Below, piece by piece: positions 59,153-64,000 of a DNA stretch of 64,000 nucleotides (positions are counted from its first letter, which is position 1; every line of letters starts with the position of its first letter). A program made the position numbers and the translations under genes. The stretch covers positions 32,001 through 96,000 of the IMG/VR virus record IMGVR_UViG_3300028797_000101; one strand, 5' to 3'. The notes below the pieces were generated by a model. It saw only the letters and a list, made by a program, of their open reading frames with translations. It did not search any database and was not told where the DNA came from. The stretch is from a virus (taxonomy: Duplodnaviria > Caudoviricetes).

Positions 59153-59583
59153 TTTACAAACCAGAGAAGGAGATGGTATACATGAAATACGCAAGAAAAT
59201 GTATTTGTCATGGGGCAGCAACCAAGAGAATTGGCAAACTTGATCTCTGCAATGATTGCGCAAAACGTGTCCATAGAAAGAAAAGTAAATATGTGTTGAC
59301 TGATGTTCATGTATTCACTATTCCTCCCAGTCTGAAAATATACAGAGATATCATCATCAATGTGTACTGATATCAATGTGCCAATTATTCTGCAGAAGTG
59401 AGGTAGAATCATGAAAGGATCTAAAAGACATCGTTGGTTCAAAGAAGGTGTTCATGCAAGCAGAAAATACATGAAGCATGTCATGAATCGCAGAGTTAGA
59501 CACATGAATAACATCTCTAGCGGATGCAGTTACAAGCGAATACTTAAGGAAGGAGAGTTCTGCAGAGTGGATTAAATGTATAC

Positions 59584-59656
59584 TGGAGGCTACCCAAGCG
59601 GTTATGGGGCGGGCCTTATAAGCCCGTTGCGTCGAGTTCGACTCTCGAGCCTCCAA
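59584..59656 (+). tRNA. tRNA with UAU anticodon (Ile, AUA reader)
   Basis: TGGAGGC/GCCTCCA acceptor; CGGGC-CT TAT AA-GCCCG anticodon arm; TTCGACT T loop. Confidence 0.85.
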
Positions 59657-59694
59657 TTTTCTACTAGGTTGTTGAATTAAGGAGGAAACAAAAC

Positions 59695-59946
59695 ATGATG
59701 AATGATCTCAAGGACACTATTGAGTTGATGCAGAGCGAGGATTACAAAGATCGCTTCAGGGCTGAGTATTATCAGACTAAGATCCGGTACAACAAGCTGC
59801 ATACACTTCTTCTTCAGTTGGACGCCGGAACTGCAAAAATTACACCGAAGTGTCCCAAAGATCTGCTTAAAAGACAATGTGCTGACATGGGTTCGTATCT
59901 GTGTGCTCTGGAAGTTAGAGCTGAAATCGAAGAAATCGATCTGTAG
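59695..59946 (+). CDS. Conserved small phage protein (crAss001_48-like)
   Basis: M.SEDYKDRFRAEY.Q..IR..KL..LL..Q...M..Y...L..R pattern. Confidence 0.6.
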   Translation: MMNDLKDTIELMQSEDYKDRFRAEYYQTKIRYNKLHTLLLQLDAGTAKITPKCPKDLLKRQCADMGSYLCALEVRAEIEEIDL

Positions 59947-59963
59947 AAATGAGAGGCGATTTG

Positions 59964-60863
59964 ATGAAAGTCAAAACGTGGCGTGATCCTTATAATTCCG
60001 GATTTTCTGTAACACGCCCTAGAGAAATAGAATTTCATGAAGGATTGACCGTGCTTGTAGGATGCAATGGCGCAGGAAAATCTACATTACTACAAAATAT
60101 AAAAGAGCATTGCAAACATCAAAATTTACCTTGCTTCTTTTATGATAATTTACATTCTGGGGGCAGCCATGCACTACAAGAAGCAATGTATTCTGACTTA
60201 ACATCATTTGTTTCACTTTTATCATCTTCTGAAGGAGAAGCTATCAGAGAAAATCTTGCAGAGAAAAGCAGCTACTTTCTGCATTTTATTCAAACAGGCC
60301 TAATAAATGACCGACATAATAACTTCTTAAGAGCTATGAAGGCATTATCAGGTGAACCTAATACTGAAGTAGATAGCGATGTACGAGTATTTCTGTTTGA
60401 TGCTATAGATAGCGGAATGTCGGTAGACGCTGTTGTAGAAGTAAAAGAGATGTTCAAGCAGATTGAAGAGGATTGCAAGAAAGAAAACAAAAAAGTCTAC
60501 ATTCTGATTTCTGCAAATGAATACGAATTGGCTAGAGAGTGTGATTGCTTCGATGTAAACACCGGCAAGTATCTTAGATTTTCTGACTACATGGATTACA
60601 GAGAGTTTATCTGCAAGTCTAGAGTACGAAAAGAGAAACGATACGCTGATCAAAAGATATGGATCGAGAAGCAGAAAGAAAAAGAGCTAGCAAAGTATCG
60701 TAAGCTTCTACAAGCTACTAAAGAGAAAAGAGATAAGCTCTTAGCTTCCAAACATCCTGATCGTTGGGAGCTTAGAGACCTCGAAGACGAACCTAAAGAA
60801 TTCTTACGGTCAGCTAGATTCATATCTGAAGAAGACGTAGCATTCATAGAAAATTCCACATGA
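59964..60863 (+). CDS. ABC-type ATPase
   Basis: GCNGAGKS, SSEGE and FLFDAIDSG motifs. Confidence 0.8.
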   Translation: MKVKTWRDPYNSGFSVTRPREIEFHEGLTVLVGCNGAGKSTLLQNIKEHCKHQNLPCFFYDNLHSGGSHALQEAMYSDLTSFVSLLSSSEGEAIRENLAEKSSYFLHFIQTGLINDRHNNFLRAMKALSGEPNTEVDSDVRVFLFDAIDSGMSVDAVVEVKEMFKQIEEDCKKENKKVYILISANEYELARECDCFDVNTGKYLRFSDYMDYREFICKSRVRKEKRYADQKIWIEKQKEKELAKYRKLLQATKEKRDKLLASKHPDRWELRDLEDEPKEFLRSARFISEEDVAFIENST

Positions 60864-60904
60864 ATACACAGGAGTAGAAATCTCCTTGTAAAACTCGTTA
60901 GCAT

Positions 60905-61117
60905 AGACGATAGGTGTGATACGGTAAATGCTTTGACAGACAAGATTCTGGTGACTTTGGTAGTGGGAAAAGAAAACTACCACATGTCTCTTGTAAGCGT
61001 AGACATTAAATAAAACTTTCTGATCATCTAATGATGAGGGCATGGCATCCTATGAGTGCACACCTGAAAAGGTTTAGGATGGGAAAAGAGAGTCCATGTA
61101 GAGCGGTGGTATCGTCT
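60905..61117 (+). ncRNA. Candidate structured ncRNA
   Basis: AGACGATA/TATCGTCT closing stem, nested helices, GAAA tetraloop; follows a TCGTTA motif. Confidence 0.45.
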
Positions 61118-61129
61118 CATTAGATTTAT

Positions 61130-61270
61130 TGTAAGCAGAATCTCGACTACGAGAAACTGTGTAATGGGCTGTTGGCGAGCCCTCAAAGAATAAGGCTCTC
61201 GTAGCAACCTTCTTTGGAATCCCAGTGGCTTTAGCCGCTGGGAGTGTCAAATACTCCTCAATAGCTCAAT
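61130..61270 (+). ncRNA. Orphan TnpB omega-RNA (scaffold 61130-61250 plus guide)
   Basis: Colinear with 23653-23777; right-end hairpin CCCAGTGGCT/AGCCGCTGGG plus TCAA; no adjacent tnpB. Confidence 0.75.
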
Positions 61271-61330
61271 CGGTTAGTTAGCGCTCGCTTGTTAACCGAG
61301 TTGTTGCAGGTTCGAGTCCTACCTGGGGAG
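61255..61330 (+). pseudogene. Degenerate tRNA-Asn(GUU)
   Basis: Recognisable cloverleaf with a GTT anticodon but a mismatch in each of the four stems. Confidence 0.7.
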
Positions 61331-61332
61331 TT

Positions 61333-61642
61333 CCTGTCAAATCAGGCGTGTAGAAAGATCGCGTAAGTATCTTTCGGTTGATATCTTCTTCTAATGAAGA
61401 AGCGAAGCTTTTACTGCTGAGGGTAAATCAGCGGCGCAAAACGGGTGAAGCGTCATTCACCCGTCGTTTACTTAGTAGTGGGAAAAGGGAAATCGTTCAA
61501 ATCGTGGAGGATATCTATTGTATATCTGTTGAAACGGTGATGATAAGACTAGATTGGTTGAGAATCTAGATGATGGTGCAGCCCTCGGTCAAGGTGAAGC
61601 AGTTCATTCCAGAAACTGATAGTCTTGTGGTTAAACTACTAA
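61333..61642 (+). ncRNA. Candidate multi-hairpin ncRNA
   Basis: At least seven hairpins plus a long-range TTAGTAGT/ACTACTAA pairing; no credible ORF. Confidence 0.45.
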
Positions 61643-61643
61643 T

Positions 61644-61727
61644 GCTATTGTGGTGGAATAGGCAGACACAAGGGACTTAAAATCCCTCGATGGAAACATC
61701 ATACGAGTTCAAGTCTCGTCAATAGCA
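61644..61727 (+). tRNA. tRNA-Leu(UAA)
   Basis: Cloverleaf with long variable arm; AGGGA-CT TAA AA-TCCCT. Confidence 0.95.
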
Positions 61728-61730
61728 TTT

Positions 61731-61880
61731 GTCTCGGTGGCGGAATAAGTAGACGCTAAAGTAGACGGTCGAAAGATGTTGTGAGGAAACAGTTCGAGTC
61801 TGTGAGTCTCCTGGTTCGACTCCTGGGGGCGCATGGTGCAATATCAACATCATGTAAGGTGCAAATCCTTACCCGAGATA
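61731..61880 (+). ncRNA. tRNA-like RNA with multi-T-loop insert
   Basis: GTCTCGG/CCGAGAT acceptor, Leu-type D arm, GTAAGG-TGCAAAT-CCTTAC T arm; no anticodon arm. Confidence 0.55.
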
Positions 61881-62005
61881 TACACCGCACGGATGGCCTT
61901 GGGTGCAACCGACGGGTGGAGACAGTTAATGCAACTTCGGTGCGGTATACAAATGAATATGGGCCTCAAGCAGAAAGTGGTACACCCTTCATGAGTATGC
62001 AATAT

Positions 62006-62078
62006 AGCCCTTTCGCCAAGCGGTGAAGGCACAGCACTTTGACTGCTGTATTCGATGGTTCAAATCCATCAAGGGCTG
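62006..62078 (+). tRNA. tRNA-Gln(UUG)
   Basis: Cloverleaf; CAGCA-CT TTG AC-TGCTG; G73. Confidence 0.95.
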
Positions 62079-62281
62079 CGCATTATCTTTTCTTGTTTTC
62101 CATTTTTGTTGTTTGATGGAGACGCCACGACAGCTGACTTCGTCTCCACGACACGTGTTCCCTAGCACATGTTCCATACAGGAGTCAGCAAGAAGAAATG
62201 ATACATCCTCTGTAGTGAGAAATCACCTTCGTCTACTGGTTAGGGGTGAAAGATGTCAGACCAGTATCCTAGCATATTTCC

Positions 62282-62309
62282 AGGTTAGATCTAATGATCT
62301 AACCTTTTT
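62282..62309 (+). terminator. Terminator ending the RNA region
   Basis: AGGTTAGAT/ATCTAACCT followed by a T run. Confidence 0.8.
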
Positions 62310-62790
62310 CTGTGATTCGTTATAAAATATGCAGATAAAATTATGTGGCGTGCGAAATTGGAGGTGTACTAATAAATGGTAGAGGCGTATTTATTTCTGT
62401 GTTTTGCATCCTTTGGAGTCATCGTGCTCTTGTGTTTTCTCGAAATGCTGTGGTGCAAATTTGTATCAGACCGAGAGGAAGAAGATGAAACATGAGTTGA
62501 AATATCCAGAAAATGATGAAATGATGTTGAGACGTCTTGACGAAAAGATTGAAGAAATAAAGGAATGGTATGAGAAAATGCTTCCTTATTCTCCATCAAA
62601 AGAAGAATATGATTGTTTCAACCGTTCTTACTGTGACACAATTCATCCGTATCTTGCACAAAAAGCTAGAATCATTGAAAACAGTTGTCCTAAGATGATA
62701 ATAACCGCTGAAACAACAGAGGAGATGCAAGAAATACTGAAAAGATTGAAGTAACAGAGTGGAGCATACAAGAAATAGTGGGGTAGAAGA

Positions 62791-63033
62791 ATGAGCGATA
62801 CTGAATTGAAACCTTGTCCGTTTTGTGGAGGAGAAGCATATCTTAAATCTGTTTTGTCTGATATAGTAGTTGCATATACCATCCCAGTTAATGAATACAA
62901 GGTGGTATGCAAGAAATGCAGATGCAACAGCGGAGTATGGATGCAGAAATCAAAAGCTATCGAAACATGGAATAGGAGGACGCAGAATGAGTGTGATAGT
63001 GACGGGAATGGAAATGCCGAAGAATTGTGTTGA
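62791..63033 (+). CDS. Lar-family restriction alleviation protein
   Basis: ELKPCPFCGG..C..C..AIETWNRR motif. Confidence 0.8.
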   Translation: MSDTELKPCPFCGGEAYLKSVLSDIVVAYTIPVNEYKVVCKKCRCNSGVWMQKSKAIETWNRRTQNECDSDGNGNAEELC

Positions 63034-63295
63034 ATGTAATGAAAATGGCATACGGAATCTACTTGACTGCGATCTTATATTAAGTGGCTGTGCGAATTGC
63101 GGTAGGCATCCGAAGTGTCCGTTAAAAAGTGTAGACGGATTGATTGAGAAGTTAAAACATTGTGCAGATCGGAAATTAGGTATTGCATTAGGTTGTAATA
63201 ACTTAAATGAGAGACAAAAGCACATTGAAGCAGTTAATACTTATCAGCATTGTATATCAATCATCAAAGAATACTGTGGAATGGAGGACGCAGAA

Positions 63296-63600
63296 TGATT
63301 ACAACAGAAAAACTGATTAAAATTTTGTCACAGGAATTGGCGTATCATCAGATAATGGCTGATTGTTGGTTTTATTTAAGTAAAGACAGCAATATGTCAT
63401 CTAAGCACCTCGACGATGTTACGGAGTTGAAAAATGTTATTTCATTGCTTGATTTGCCAATTGACAAGGTATATGAAGAGGCAAAGAAAATTTATGATTT
63501 TACTGATAGCGGGAAAAAGGATTTTGTTCCAGACTTAGATAATCTTAGAAGGTTGAGAACGGAGTTTTGTGAAAAATTCCAAAAGGAACGTTTGATTTAA
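63296..63600 (+). CDS. Hypothetical protein (start uncertain)
   Basis: ORF in a run of short + strand genes; GGAGG SD before MITTEK. Confidence 0.45.
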
Positions 63601-63616
63601 TGAGGAGGGAACAAAA

Positions 63617-63904
63617 ATGATCGATATTGAATTAAAACCTTGTCCGTTTTGTGGATACACAAAAAGCAGAGTAATGGAAAAGAAAATTAGAGGAAGTTAT
63701 AGGTCTAGTTATTTAAGCAATTTTGTCCAAGTTAGATATTATGTCATGTGCAATAAATGTCATGCAAAAGGTGGTAGTGTTGTATCAGCCTGTATGTCAC
63801 ATGACGAGGTTTCGATATACACACCGGTTAAATACTCAAAAGAGGTAACAGCTATGTATAAACAACAAGCAATCGAATCATGGAATAGGAGGATATCTGA
63901 ATGA
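63617..63904 (+). CDS. Lar-family restriction alleviation protein
   Basis: ELKPCPFCG..CNKC..AIESWNRR motif. Confidence 0.8.
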   Translation: MIDIELKPCPFCGYTKSRVMEKKIRGSYRSSYLSNFVQVRYYVMCNKCHAKGGSVVSACMSHDEVSIYTPVKYSKEVTAMYKQQAIESWNRRISE

Positions 63905-64000
63905 GTTTAGAAACAATGAATCGGGGAACGGAAGGAATGAAAGAGCAAGCTCAGAAACTTATTGAGCAGGCTTACAATCGTGGATTCAAAACAGGATATG

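Noticed and set aside
61333-62272. tmRNA or RNase P RNA
   Set aside because: No G3-U70 alanine acceptor with a tag reading frame, and no RNase P GAGGAAAGUCC/P4 consensus.
1-64000. CRISPR array or cas genes
   Set aside because: No regularly spaced direct repeats were seen; the only RuvC-type protein is TnpB with IS ends.
1-64000. Stop-codon reassignment
   Set aside because: Long conserved genes translate intact in the standard code and end at TAA, TAG or TGA; no suppressor tRNA was seen.

Overview
This is a 64-kb segment of a large tailed phage with a contractile tail and a T4 gp23-type capsid. All credible genes are on the + strand, and the lysins and SD sequences suggest a Firmicutes (probably Clostridia-like) host. 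Order of modules: baseplate and tail lysins (1-12 kb); prohead protease, major capsid and neck (12-18 kb); a tnpB-only IS200/IS605 element; endolysin; replication/repair genes (SNF2 helicase, RecU-like, UvrD, Rad50/SbcC, NAD ligase); tail-fibre/adhesin genes; a preQ1 operon (queF-C-D-E-folE plus a YhhQ transporter); an amidase; and a tRNA/ncRNA region. Six patterns stand out. (1) Many scattered proteins, mostly acidic, share an [IV]-x-[ASC]-[SADE] motif with the protease and capsid propeptide. The motif occurs as a short N-terminal leader or as a linker between domains, and most of these genes lie downstream of a shared AACCTT(A/G)NATA promoter-like motif. This suggests a capsid-packaged, protease-matured cargo set that includes a DarA_C-like domain, a SAM methyltransferase, an HD hydrolase and a KTSC protein. 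(2) Three copies of a preQ1-I-like riboswitch variant, each with a 21-nt loop, lie in the que operon, two of them in tandem. (3) An orphan TnpB omega-RNA, about 37 kb from tnpB, has a guide that reads into a decayed tRNA-Asn. (4) Two tRNA-shaped RNAs have the anticodon arm replaced by a multi-hairpin domain. (5) The capsid mRNA 3' UTR is complementary to the 5' UTR of an Ig-domain gene. (6) There are two near-identical promoter-like motif classes. All calls come from reading the sequence by eye; no searches or folding programs were run.
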